Notes: generated by a model from the sequence alone, not told the origin. 64,000 nucleotides of DNA from Lentisphaerota bacterium (GCA_016873655.1 VGWI01000001.1:3343-67342), one strand, 5' to 3'. Counted from the first letter of the stretch, positions 35,266 through 44,048 are shown. Numbers and translations are program-made.

Positions 35266-36924
35266 ATGTTGAGATCCAGACGAATACTTGCTCTTGATAT
35301 CGGGTCCAGCAAGGTGGTGCTGGCCGAGTTTGCCTTGCTCAAGTCGGGCGAGATTCATCTCACGGACTGTGGGATCGGGAGCCTCGGCTTCGAGCCTGAC
35401 ACGGAAGGCGACGTTTCGGCGTACATCGTTTCGGCCATACGCGACGTGATGCGCGCGCGCGGGATGAGACCGGGGCACCTCATGATGACCGTATCCGGTC
35501 ATGCGGTCTTTCCACGTTTTGTGAAGCTTCCGCCAGTGGCGCGCGACAAGGTTCAGCAGATAGTCCGCTACGAGGCCGAGCAGAACGTGCCCTTCCCGAT
35601 AGAGGAAGTCGTCTGGGACCATCAGCTTGTCGGCGACTCGCAGGGCGAGATGAACGTGATTCTTGTGGCGGCGAAGACGGAGAGCATCAAGTCGCTCACG
35701 GACTGTGTTCTTGCCGTTGACATGGAGCCGGAGGTCGTTGACGTCGCACCGATGGCGCTCTACAACGCCGTCAGGTACAACTGCCCGGAAATGACCGGCT
35801 GCACGATGGTGTTGGATATCGGCGCCAGGACCTCGAATCTCATTTTCATAGAATCTTCCCGCATATTCAGCCGCAGTATTCCAGTGGCGGGCAATACGAT
35901 TACGCAGGAGATAGCCAAGGAGCTGGATGTTCCTTTCGCGGAAGCGGAGCGGCTGAAGATCGAGCACGCCGTGGTTGGGCTTGGCGGGGTGTACGCCGGC
36001 CCGGACAACGACACAGCCGATCTTATCTCGAAGATCACGCGCAACGTCGTGACGCGTCTGCATGCCGAGGTGAACCGTTCGATAAACTTCTATCGGGGGC
36101 AGCAGTCAGGGAGTTCTCCCAACAGAGTGCTTCTCACGGGCGGCTCTTCCGTCATACCTCATATGGACACGTTCTTCCGCGAGAAGCTCAAGGTTGACGT
36201 GGAGCACTTCAACCCGCTTGCTCGGGTTCCGGTTGGCGGCAGGCTGGTGCAGCAGGAGGTGGCTCGGGACGCTCATTTGCTGGCGCAGGTTGTTGGGCTT
36301 GGGCTGCGAAAGGCTCTCAAGTGTCCTGTTGAGATCAACCTTATGCCTCCCGACCTCGTCGCGCGCAAACAGATGAGGAAGAGACAGCCTTTCTTTGTTC
36401 TGTCCGCGTTGGGCGCAGCGCTGATTCTGTTGTGCTGGTGGGCGTATACGCGGCAGATGACGGCGGTCTTCAGGACAAGGATCGAGAACATTGAGACGCG
36501 CATAAGCGGAATGGCGAGCGTTGCCGGTCAGCTCGGGCGGATCCAGTCTGAGAAGGCCGTTGTTGACAAGCAGATGGGCTTCTTGCTGTGGCTGGTTGAA
36601 TCACGGGGCAGATGGTTGCAGGTTCTATCGGCGCTGGACGCCTGCCTTCTTGACGGGATGTGGCTTACGTCGGTGAAGCCGGTTGATTCAGGGGACGGGG
36701 CTGTCCGGCGGGTCAAGGTGACAGGGGTGGGTTTTGCGGACAAGTTGAAGGCCGCGGAGCGGGCGGACGCCACTGCGGTTGAGGTGCTGGTGGAGCGCCT
36801 GAAGAAATCGCCGGAGTTCGGGCCGGGTGTCGAGATAAAGCCGGTGCCGTTGCCGGCCATGGGGGCTTCCTCGCGCGATTTCGAGGTAGTCGTGGATCTG
36901 GTTGTGCCGATAGTGGTTCAGTGA
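35266..36924 (+). CDS. type IV pilus assembly PilM-PilN fusion protein
   Basis: N-terminal ~350 aa show the actin-like PilM/FtsA fold pattern (ILALDIGSSKVVLAEF...VLDIGARTSNLIF). They are followed in-frame by a PilN-like segment: INLMPPDL motif, a single TM helix FFVLSALGAALILLCWWAY and a periplasmic domain. Confidence 0.75.
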   Translation: MLRSRRILALDIGSSKVVLAEFALLKSGEIHLTDCGIGSLGFEPDTEGDVSAYIVSAIRDVMRARGMRPGHLMMTVSGHAVFPRFVKLPPVARDKVQQIVRYEAEQNVPFPIEEVVWDHQLVGDSQGEMNVILVAAKTESIKSLTDCVLAVDMEPEVVDVAPMALYNAVRYNCPEMTGCTMVLDIGARTSNLIFIESSRIFSRSIPVAGNTITQEIAKELDVPFAEAERLKIEHAVVGLGGVYAGPDNDTADLISKITRNVVTRLHAEVNRSINFYRGQQSGSSPNRVLLTGGSSVIPHMDTFFREKLKVDVEHFNPLARVPVGGRLVQQEVARDAHLLAQVVGLGLRKALKCPVEINLMPPDLVARKQMRKRQPFFVLSALGAALILLCWWAYTRQMTAVFRTRIENIETRISGMASVAGQLGRIQSEKAVVDKQMGFLLWLVESRGRWLQVLSALDACLLDGMWLTSVKPVDSGDGAVRRVKVTGVGFADKLKAAERADATAVEVLVERLKKSPEFGPGVEIKPVPLPAMGASSRDFEVVVDLVVPIVVQ

Positions 36925-36925
36925 C

Positions 36926-37897
36926 GTGAAGACGCGCAAAGCCATAGTCGTGGGGCTGGTATTCGCCGTGGTGGCGGGGATGCTGATAGGCGCAGCGGTT
37001 CTCCTTGTTCGCGGCACCGGGGAACTGGCCAGGGCGCAGACCGCGCTGGATTCGAAGCGCCGGGAATATGACAGTTACTACGGCAGAAAGCCTTTCCCTT
37101 CGGCTGATAACGTTTCCGTCGAGAAACGGAACCTTGCCGACGAGAAGGGATGGTTGAAGAACATACTGGCGGCTGCGGCGGAGGGAACGCCGGAAGTCCA
37201 GGAGAACACGCCGTCCACGTTCGTGCGGCAGTTGGTGGAAATCAAGGCTCAGTTGAAGGATGCGGCGGCCAGGAGTCGCGTGGCTCTGCAGCCGAGTCCG
37301 GACGCGTTCTCCTTCTCCTTCCAGAGATACTTCGAGGGAAGCGTGTTGCCGGATAAGGATCACGTTGCCATGATGAGTCAGCAACTGGCCATCGTGGAGG
37401 GCTTGTGCCGGCTTCTCTTCAGATGCGGCGTATTGAGCATAGACGCGGTGGCAAGAGACGAGTTCGAATCCGTAAGGGCGACGGTGCAGGGCCCGGGCGA
37501 GGACAGGCCGGGAATACGAGCGCTTGCAGGCGCTTCTCAACGTGACGGCGCTCTTGTCAACAGGATGGGGCCGGTAAGCGACCATCAGTTGTATGCAAGA
37601 ATGTACTTCGGGCTGCGGTTCAAGTCGACCGAGGATACTCTCTGGCGTGTCCTGAACGAGCTTGCCGCGCATGAAGTGTTCTGCGTGGTCAATTCCGTAT
37701 CCGTCGAAAAAGATGGACAGGATATCCGATCTCCGCGCGGTCTGGCAGGCCTGGCCGCGACGGATGCTGACGTGCCGGCTGCCACTGTCGCGCTGCGCGA
37801 GATGTCAAGGCAGGAGAGGCAGGTTACAGGGAAAGAGATCGAGACCCCAGTGGTGGTGACGCTGCACATCAGCGCCTATCTGTTCAAGGTTCCTTGA
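36926..37897 (+). CDS. N-terminally membrane-anchored coiled-coil protein in the PilO position; resembles the Amuc_1100 family
   Basis: GTG start 2 nt after the pilMN stop. One TM helix (IVVGLVFAVVAGMLIGAAVLL), then a coiled coil and an alpha/beta region. The C-terminal pattern PVVVTLHISAYLFKVP and internal segments match my recollection of Akkermansia Amuc_1100; this is unverified. Confidence 0.5.
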   Translation: MKTRKAIVVGLVFAVVAGMLIGAAVLLVRGTGELARAQTALDSKRREYDSYYGRKPFPSADNVSVEKRNLADEKGWLKNILAAAAEGTPEVQENTPSTFVRQLVEIKAQLKDAAARSRVALQPSPDAFSFSFQRYFEGSVLPDKDHVAMMSQQLAIVEGLCRLLFRCGVLSIDAVARDEFESVRATVQGPGEDRPGIRALAGASQRDGALVNRMGPVSDHQLYARMYFGLRFKSTEDTLWRVLNELAAHEVFCVVNSVSVEKDGQDIRSPRGLAGLAATDADVPAATVALREMSRQERQVTGKEIETPVVVTLHISAYLFKVP

Positions 37898-37919
37898 TGC
37901 CGGAAAGGGAGCGGGGAAA

Positions 37920-38945
37920 GTGATTGCCGTTATCAGGAAGAACTACGACAAGGTGATGGCAGCCGTTGTCACGGTAATGCTTCTCGCCTCGCTGGCGTAC
38001 CTGGCGGCACGGGTTTCGAGCATACGCGAGATGGAGAAGGACTTCGACCAGACGATCAGCATGGTTCGGCCAAAGCATCCTGTAGCCCACTCGCTGGATG
38101 CGACGCCGTACGAATCGGCGATGGCGCTTGTCAGGACCCCGTTCGCCATCAACCCGTCTGACTACACGAATTTCTGGATGTTTGTGCCGGCCAGACGCTG
38201 CATATGCGTCGTCTGCCGCCGTCCGATACCGATCGAGTCAAAGGAGTGCACGTTCTGCTTGGAGCCGCAGCCAGAGCCGAAGGAGACGATGGAGGACTAT
38301 GACGGCGACATGGATGGGATGTGGGACGTATGGGAGAGAGAGCACGGGCTCAATCCTTTCGACCCGTCGGATGCGGAAAAGGACAATGACGGGGACAAAT
38401 TCTCGAATGCAGCGGAATTCAGAGGGAAGACGGATCCGAATGAGGCGTTGAGCTACCCGCCGCTGGAGGCCGAACTGTTTTTCGAGAAGGTAAATGTTGA
38501 CCCGTTCAGGCTTCTTTTCAAGAGCCGTATCACGCTGCCTGGCGGCGAGTTCAAGTTCGGCATAAATACCCGCGAGAACGCGAAGACTTACTTCGTAAAG
38601 ATCGGCGACGATGTGGAGGGGTTCAGGGTGCTGTCCCACGAGGAGAGAGTAGAGACCGTCGTCAAGGGCGGCATGCCGAGGCGAGTGGATGTTTCGGTTC
38701 TCACCCTCAAGCGAGGCGACAGGGAAATCGCCCTCGTAAAGGACCGTGATTTCTCGTACGTGGAGTATCTTGTCCACTTCGTGTTTGCTCTGGATGATCT
38801 CAGATTCCAGAAGAGACCGGAGGACGAGTTCAGTCTCAGATCGCATCGCTACAAGGTCATAGGGGTTGACATTGGCCGTAACCGTGTACTAATTAGTCGC
38901 ATGGAGGATGGGGAACGGGTTGAGGTGACGCCCGTATCCGAGTGA
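37920..38945 (+). CDS. membrane-anchored protein with C4 zinc-ribbon and DxDxDG calcium-loop motifs (PilP position)
   Basis: RBS AAAGGGAGCGGGG precedes GTG 37920. TM helix near the N-terminus. C-x2-C-x15-C-x2-C (CICVVCRRPIPIESKECTFC). Acidic segment DPSDAEKDNDGDKFSNAAEFRGKTDPNE. C-terminal beta-rich domain. Confidence 0.45.
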   Translation: MIAVIRKNYDKVMAAVVTVMLLASLAYLAARVSSIREMEKDFDQTISMVRPKHPVAHSLDATPYESAMALVRTPFAINPSDYTNFWMFVPARRCICVVCRRPIPIESKECTFCLEPQPEPKETMEDYDGDMDGMWDVWEREHGLNPFDPSDAEKDNDGDKFSNAAEFRGKTDPNEALSYPPLEAELFFEKVNVDPFRLLFKSRITLPGGEFKFGINTRENAKTYFVKIGDDVEGFRVLSHEERVETVVKGGMPRRVDVSVLTLKRGDREIALVKDRDFSYVEYLVHFVFALDDLRFQKRPEDEFSLRSHRYKVIGVDIGRNRVLISRMEDGERVEVTPVSE

Positions 38946-39041
38946 GGTTGAGCGATCGGCCGGGCCGGGGATGTAGCTCGTGGCTGGTCTCTCTCAGTGT
39001 CCTTTTCGTTGCTTGGAACAACCACAAGGAGTGAACTTCCG

Positions 39042-42000
39042 ATGACTCGGATTGGCAAGGGTTGGCTGCTTGCGGCGGCTGTGGCTATTATGCTTTCGGC
39101 CGTTGGTGCGTTTCGCGCCCAGGACATTGACGAGAACGCCGCCAAGGTCGCGGAAGAGGTTCTGATAGAAGAGATCGTCAACGGGGATCTCGTGGAGTCT
39201 TCTGTCAGAAGAGAGATGGCGTCTCCTTCTCCAGTTGCAGATGCGGATTCTCTGATAGTTGCGGCCACTTCTTCTCCCTCCCCGGCGCCCGCGAAGGCAG
39301 AAGATTCCGTCGAGTTTCTCGCTGAGGCGGCGTTGGGTTCCGCGCCTGTCCTACCAATGGAGGATGAGCCTGTTGTGCTGCCGGAGCCGTTGGCCCCGGT
39401 CGCTCCAATTCGTTCCGGGGCGGTCGTTGTTGCCTCGCAGATGAGTGAAGAGGAGGCGACCGGTCTGGCAGCGGAGGTGGATGCCGAGGAACTGCTGGCC
39501 AAAGTTGACACTCAATCAGTTGTTTCCGCGGGTAGCGGATTGCCGGCGCCGGCGGCAGAGGAGATCGTTCCGGTTCTGGCTCTCGATGATGTCGAGCCGG
39601 TTGCTCCGGTTGAGGAAGAGGTCACTGAACTGGTTGTCGACGAGCCCATCGAAGAGCCTTTTGTCTCCATGGTTCCTTCCGAAGAAGTCCAGGAAGCCCT
39701 TGTTGAAGAACCGTTGGTTCTGATCGAGCCGGTGGTTGGACCGACAGAGCCGGTTATGACCGCCGTGTCCGCCGGGCAGGGGGAAGGTCGGCCGGTTGTT
39801 GAGAAGGTGGATCCAGTTCACGAGGATCTCGATGCTGACCTGCTTGCGATCATGGGGGCTGAAGCAGCCGTAAAGCCCGCGAAGAAAGTCCCGCCCACAG
39901 AATCGGCGGCACCGACAGCGGGCGACGGTAACGGCGTTAGAGTTGGGGTCGTTGAAGACCAGGAAGTGCTGCGTCGCCGGGCTTTGGCCGCCCACGCGCG
40001 TGAACTCCTGAAGCAGGCCGACGATGACCTGGCCAACGGGCGCTACGAGATCGGGATTGTCCGGTACCGCAACGCCATAAGGGGACTTTCGCTGCCGGCC
40101 GACGTGAAGATCAGGAAGCAGGCAGAGCGCGGTCTGGCCGAGTGCTACTACCGTAACTCCCTTTACCTTGAAAAGCAGAACGATCTGAACGCGTCGCTTG
40201 TGGCGGCGAAATCGTCCATGGATGCCGGTCATCCGAAGGGCGAGGCGCAGTTCGTGAAGATCAAGAAGCTGATTGATGAACCGCCTCCGCCGAAACTGGC
40301 GCCGCCGACCGAACGCTGGAATCAGCAGGAGTACAGGGACAAGCAGGCAAAGATCGCCGACCTCATGAAGCGGGGTCGCGAGTATTCGATGGCCGGTGAA
40401 TTTGACAATGCCGCCCAGGACTTCAGGGGCGTGCTTGCGCTTGACCCCCAGAACACGGAAGCCATGCGATTGCTCAAGAAGGTCGAGCAGGTAATGTATG
40501 ACAGGGCTTCGATGGAAGCCGAAGCCACCCGCCAAAGCATGATGCGGGAAGTGCGCGAGGGGTGGAACCCGCGTGACTACAAGTACGCCCAGGAGTCGGC
40601 TGCGGTCATGAAGCCTGGCGATGTGACAAGGCAGCCGCGCGGCGAGACTGTCCGTACGAGGATAATGAAGAAACTGGAGCAGATCACCATCCCAGAGATC
40701 GATTTCAGGCTGGCGAACATCAACGACGTTCTGGAAGTCCTCCAGGATTCGAGCCGGGAGTTTGACAAGAGTGAGACCGATGAGGGCAAGAAGGGCGTCA
40801 ATATCATCCTGAATCTCAGGTCGGGCGCCACAGGAGGGGCAGCAGCTCCATCGCTGGCGCCGATCGGTGACCTGTTTTCTACGACGGCCCCCGCTTCAAC
40901 CGCGAGAGGCTCGGCGGTCCCGGGCAGCGAGGCGGTTCCGCTCATTACCTTCAATGCGCGTTACATCTCTCTGCTCGAGGCGCTCAAGATAGTCACGAAC
41001 GTCGCGAACCTGAAATGGCGCATTGAGGGCAGCGTGGTTATGATCGTTCCCCTGAACGCCCCTGACGGCGAGGTCATCGTTCGCATGTACGATGTTCTCC
41101 CGTCCGTTGAGGAGAAGATTCCCCAGATGCGTGCCGCGCTTGGCGGCGGAGCCGGCGGCAGCGGGTTCCGTTCGATGGAAGCCGCGGGGATGAACATCGA
41201 AGGTGCCGACTGGAAAGAGTTCTTCCAGGAGATGGGTGTTAAGTGGCCGGACGGATCCTCAATCAAGTACGTTCGGGCGATAGGCAAGGTGGTTGTCGCT
41301 AATACAGAAGATAACCTTATGCGGTTCGAGCAGGTTCTGTCGGTGCTCAACGTTGTGCCCAACCAGATTGAGATTGAGGCGCGTTTCGTGGAGGTCAGCC
41401 GTGCCGACGTGTCCGCGCTCGGGTTCGAATGGCTGCTGACTGACAACTGGGAGATGGCGAGCCATCCTGATGATGCGGCGCTCCCGCCGGCCTCCCGTCG
41501 CCGCCTGGTGATGAACGAATCGAACATGACGAAGGGCAACCGTTTTCTCAGCAAGGAGAGCGTCGCCACCGCCGTGGCGGATGACATAATGACCATATCG
41601 TCCGTACTGACCAACCCGGAACTGTCTTTCGTGCTTCATGCCTTGGAACAGCGCGGGTTTGCCGACCTTCTGTCGGCGCCGAAGGTGACTACTCAGGCTG
41701 GTCAGGAGGCAACGATCAAGGTAGTGACGGAGTACATCTATCCGACGGATTTTGAGGTGACTCCGGTTACCGGCACGGCGACGGCCACAGGCGCAACCAC
41801 GATACGCGGTGGCGTTGTGGAGCCTTCGGGGTTTGAGACTCGCGAGGTCGGCGTCATACTGACTGTGCTCCCGGACGTAAGCCCGGAGGGGCGTATGATC
41901 AATCTGACGATGACGCCTGAGGTCGTAAGTGAGCCGGAGTGGAAAGACTATGGATCCATATTCACGGACGATCAGGGCAACGAGACAAGGTTGAGGATGG

Positions 42001-42356
42001 AGCAGCCTTTCTTTTATACGCGGTCAATCGCGACGTCCATATCCATATACAACGGAGCGACCGTTGTGATGGGTGGTATGATGAATGAGGTGCGGCGCGA
42101 TACCGATGACAAAGTGCCGTTCCTCGGCGATATCCCGATAGTCGGGAAGCTGTTCCGCAGTAAGAGCGAGCGGAGCGACAAGCGCAATCTTCTGATCTTC
42201 GTGACGGCCAAACTAGTCACTCCCGACGGTCGGCCGGTCGAGAAGAGCGGGGAAAGCCTTGCCGGGCGGATAGCCGAAGCCGGTCTGGTGCCGGATCTCG
42301 GCAAGTCGTCGGAAACGTCCGCTGCGCCGGGCATGGGCGGCCTGACGTTCCCGTGA
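39042..42356 (+). CDS. pilQ: secretin (PilQ/GspD family) with long acidic low-complexity N-terminal region and TPR-like repeats
   Basis: C-terminal secretin core (VPFLGDIPIVGKLFRSKSERSDKRNLLIFVTAKLV) preceded by secretin-N-like repeats. Residues ~40-300 are E/P/V/A-rich low complexity. TPR-like helices run ~310-500. RBS AAGGAG precedes ATG 39042. Confidence 0.85.
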   Translation: MTRIGKGWLLAAAVAIMLSAVGAFRAQDIDENAAKVAEEVLIEEIVNGDLVESSVRREMASPSPVADADSLIVAATSSPSPAPAKAEDSVEFLAEAALGSAPVLPMEDEPVVLPEPLAPVAPIRSGAVVVASQMSEEEATGLAAEVDAEELLAKVDTQSVVSAGSGLPAPAAEEIVPVLALDDVEPVAPVEEEVTELVVDEPIEEPFVSMVPSEEVQEALVEEPLVLIEPVVGPTEPVMTAVSAGQGEGRPVVEKVDPVHEDLDADLLAIMGAEAAVKPAKKVPPTESAAPTAGDGNGVRVGVVEDQEVLRRRALAAHARELLKQADDDLANGRYEIGIVRYRNAIRGLSLPADVKIRKQAERGLAECYYRNSLYLEKQNDLNASLVAAKSSMDAGHPKGEAQFVKIKKLIDEPPPPKLAPPTERWNQQEYRDKQAKIADLMKRGREYSMAGEFDNAAQDFRGVLALDPQNTEAMRLLKKVEQVMYDRASMEAEATRQSMMREVREGWNPRDYKYAQESAAVMKPGDVTRQPRGETVRTRIMKKLEQITIPEIDFRLANINDVLEVLQDSSREFDKSETDEGKKGVNIILNLRSGATGGAAAPSLAPIGDLFSTTAPASTARGSAVPGSEAVPLITFNARYISLLEALKIVTNVANLKWRIEGSVVMIVPLNAPDGEVIVRMYDVLPSVEEKIPQMRAALGGGAGGSGFRSMEAAGMNIEGADWKEFFQEMGVKWPDGSSIKYVRAIGKVVVANTEDNLMRFEQVLSVLNVVPNQIEIEARFVEVSRADVSALGFEWLLTDNWEMASHPDDAALPPASRRRLVMNESNMTKGNRFLSKESVATAVADDIMTISSVLTNPELSFVLHALEQRGFADLLSAPKVTTQAGQEATIKVVTEYIYPTDFEVTPVTGTATATGATTIRGGVVEPSGFETREVGVILTVLPDVSPEGRMINLTMTPEVVSEPEWKDYGSIFTDDQGNETRLRMEQPFFYTRSIATSISIYNGATVVMGGMMNEVRRDTDDKVPFLGDIPIVGKLFRSKSERSDKRNLLIFVTAKLVTPDGRPVEKSGESLAGRIAEAGLVPDLGKSSETSAAPGMGGLTFP

Positions 42357-42390
42357 GGAAATCCTGACCGGAACCACCACATCTTCCCGG

Positions 42391-43269
42391 ATGCAGAGAC
42401 TGCTTCTCGTTGACGGTCACAATGTACTCTACAGGGCTTTCTTCGCCTTCCCGCCTCTCACCACGCGTGCTGGCGTGCACACAAACGCCGTCTTCGGCTT
42501 CGTGAAGATGCTGCGCCAGCTGCTGGACGTGAGGGGCCCGACACATCTCCTTGTTGTGCTGGACGGCGGGGTGCCCGCGGAACGGTCGGGCATGATCGCC
42601 GGGTACAAGGCGAATCGGAAGCCGATGCCAGATGACCTCAGGCCGCAGGTCGGGCTTCTGGAGAAGTATATGGAGGCTTCGGGAACCGCCTGGCTCCGTG
42701 TGCCTGGCGAGGAAGCAGACGACGTGATGGCGTCAGCGGCGGTTCAATGGCATGGAATGTTCCAGGACATCATCCTGGCGTCGTCGGACAAGGATCTTCT
42801 CCAGGTTGTTTGTGACGGGATTTCTGTGGTCCCCGTGACCGGGAAGGCGAACGTGAGCACGGGGCCTTGCGAGGTGAGGGAGAAGACGGGAGTGGTGCCA
42901 GGTCAGATTGTTGACTGGCTCGCGATGGCGGGCGACGCAGCGGATAACGTTCGCGGCATAGACGGAGTCGGGCCGAAGAAGGCGGCGAAGCTGCTGAGCG
43001 AATTCGGCACCGTGGACGGGGTCTATGGCCATATCGAGGAGTTGAAGCCTGGGGTTACAAGAGATGCGATAGTCGCGGCGCGCGACAGAGTCTATGCAAA
43101 CAGGGAAGCCATGCGATTGAGAACGGGCATTTGCCTTGGCCTGGATCCGGCGGACGCTGAAATCAAGCCGCCGGACAGGCGCAGGCTTGTGCCGCTTCTC
43201 GAAGAGCTGGAATTCAATTCGATGGCGGCGGAACTGCGTCAATGCGGGCTCTTCCCGGGCTTTGGCTGA
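42391..43269 (+). CDS. standalone 5'-3' exonuclease (DNA polymerase I N-terminal nuclease domain / FEN-like)
   Basis: LLLVDGHNVLYRAFFA..., metal-binding acidic clusters and H3TH. The ORF stops at 292 aa with no polymerase domain downstream. Confidence 0.8.
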   Translation: MQRLLLVDGHNVLYRAFFAFPPLTTRAGVHTNAVFGFVKMLRQLLDVRGPTHLLVVLDGGVPAERSGMIAGYKANRKPMPDDLRPQVGLLEKYMEASGTAWLRVPGEEADDVMASAAVQWHGMFQDIILASSDKDLLQVVCDGISVVPVTGKANVSTGPCEVREKTGVVPGQIVDWLAMAGDAADNVRGIDGVGPKKAAKLLSEFGTVDGVYGHIEELKPGVTRDAIVAARDRVYANREAMRLRTGICLGLDPADAEIKPPDRRRLVPLLEELEFNSMAAELRQCGLFPGFG

Positions 43270-43451
43270 TGCGGCGACGCTTCTCCGGTAAGATGCAGGA
43301 AGGCGAAAAAAGTGTATTGACGCTTCGCGGGAGGGTGGAATACCATCCGCTGGCACTGTTTTGAGGGTTCCTGATAAGGGCCGGAGTCACCTCCCAACGC
43401 GGATTCACGAATTTCTTGTTCTGCGGTGACTGATTCCATCGCCTGATCCAC

Positions 43452-44048
43452 ATGCTCCGATTAGCCGTCACTGGAGGGATTGCCTGCGGGAAGAGTCTTG
43501 CGGGTTCGATCCTGAATGAGCTGGGGATGCGTGTAGCCGAAGCCGACGACATGGCGCATGACCTGTTGCGGCGAGGCACTGAGACGCACCGGCTGGTTGT
43601 GGAATCGTTTGGTCGGAGCGTGCTGTGGGCTGACGGCGAGGTCGACAGGGCGGCTCTGGGTCGCATGGTCTTTGCCGACCGCAGGCGGCTTTTCAGGCTG
43701 AACGCCATTGTGCATCCCGAAGTAAAGCGGGTCTGGCGCGAATGGCTCTGCAGCGAGGAACAATCCGGCACCGGCGAGGCTGTCGTGGTCGTTCCGTTGC
43801 TCTACGAGGTAGGGGAGGGATCCGGTTGGGACGCGGTGATAGCCGTCACGAGTTCCCGGTCGGTACAGATTGAGAGGATGCTCGGCAGGGGCCTGACTGC
43901 GGTCGAAGCGGAAGCGCGTCTGGGTGCCCAGATGGCGAATCCGGAGAAAGAAGCCCTGGCTGACTACGTGATAAGAAACGACGGTTCCATGGGTCTGCTT
44001 GAGCGGCAGGCTCGCATGGTGGTGGATAGTATTCGGAGAAGAAAGTGA
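43452..44048 (+). CDS. coaE: dephospho-CoA kinase
   Basis: P-loop [12 protein letters not shown] and CoaE family length. Confidence 0.85.
   Translation: MLRLAVTGGIACGKSLAGSILNELGMRVAEADDMAHDLLRRGTETHRLVVESFGRSVLWADGEVDRAALGRMVFADRRRLFRLNAIVHPEVKRVWREWLCSEEQSGTGEAVVVVPLLYEVGEGSGWDAVIAVTSSRSVQIERMLGRGLTAVEAEARLGAQMANPEKEALADYVIRNDGSMGLLERQARMVVDSIRRRK

Noticed and set aside
34684-37672. Minus-strand ORFs of 459 aa and 319 aa
   Set aside because: Antisense to the pilMN fusion and the PilO-position gene.
39100-39950. Possible tandem DNA repeats or CRISPR-like periodicity in the secretin 5' region
   Set aside because: The repetition is at the protein level only (imperfect EEPxV-type motifs). 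There are no exact nucleotide direct repeats with spacers, so this is not a CRISPR array or VNTR.
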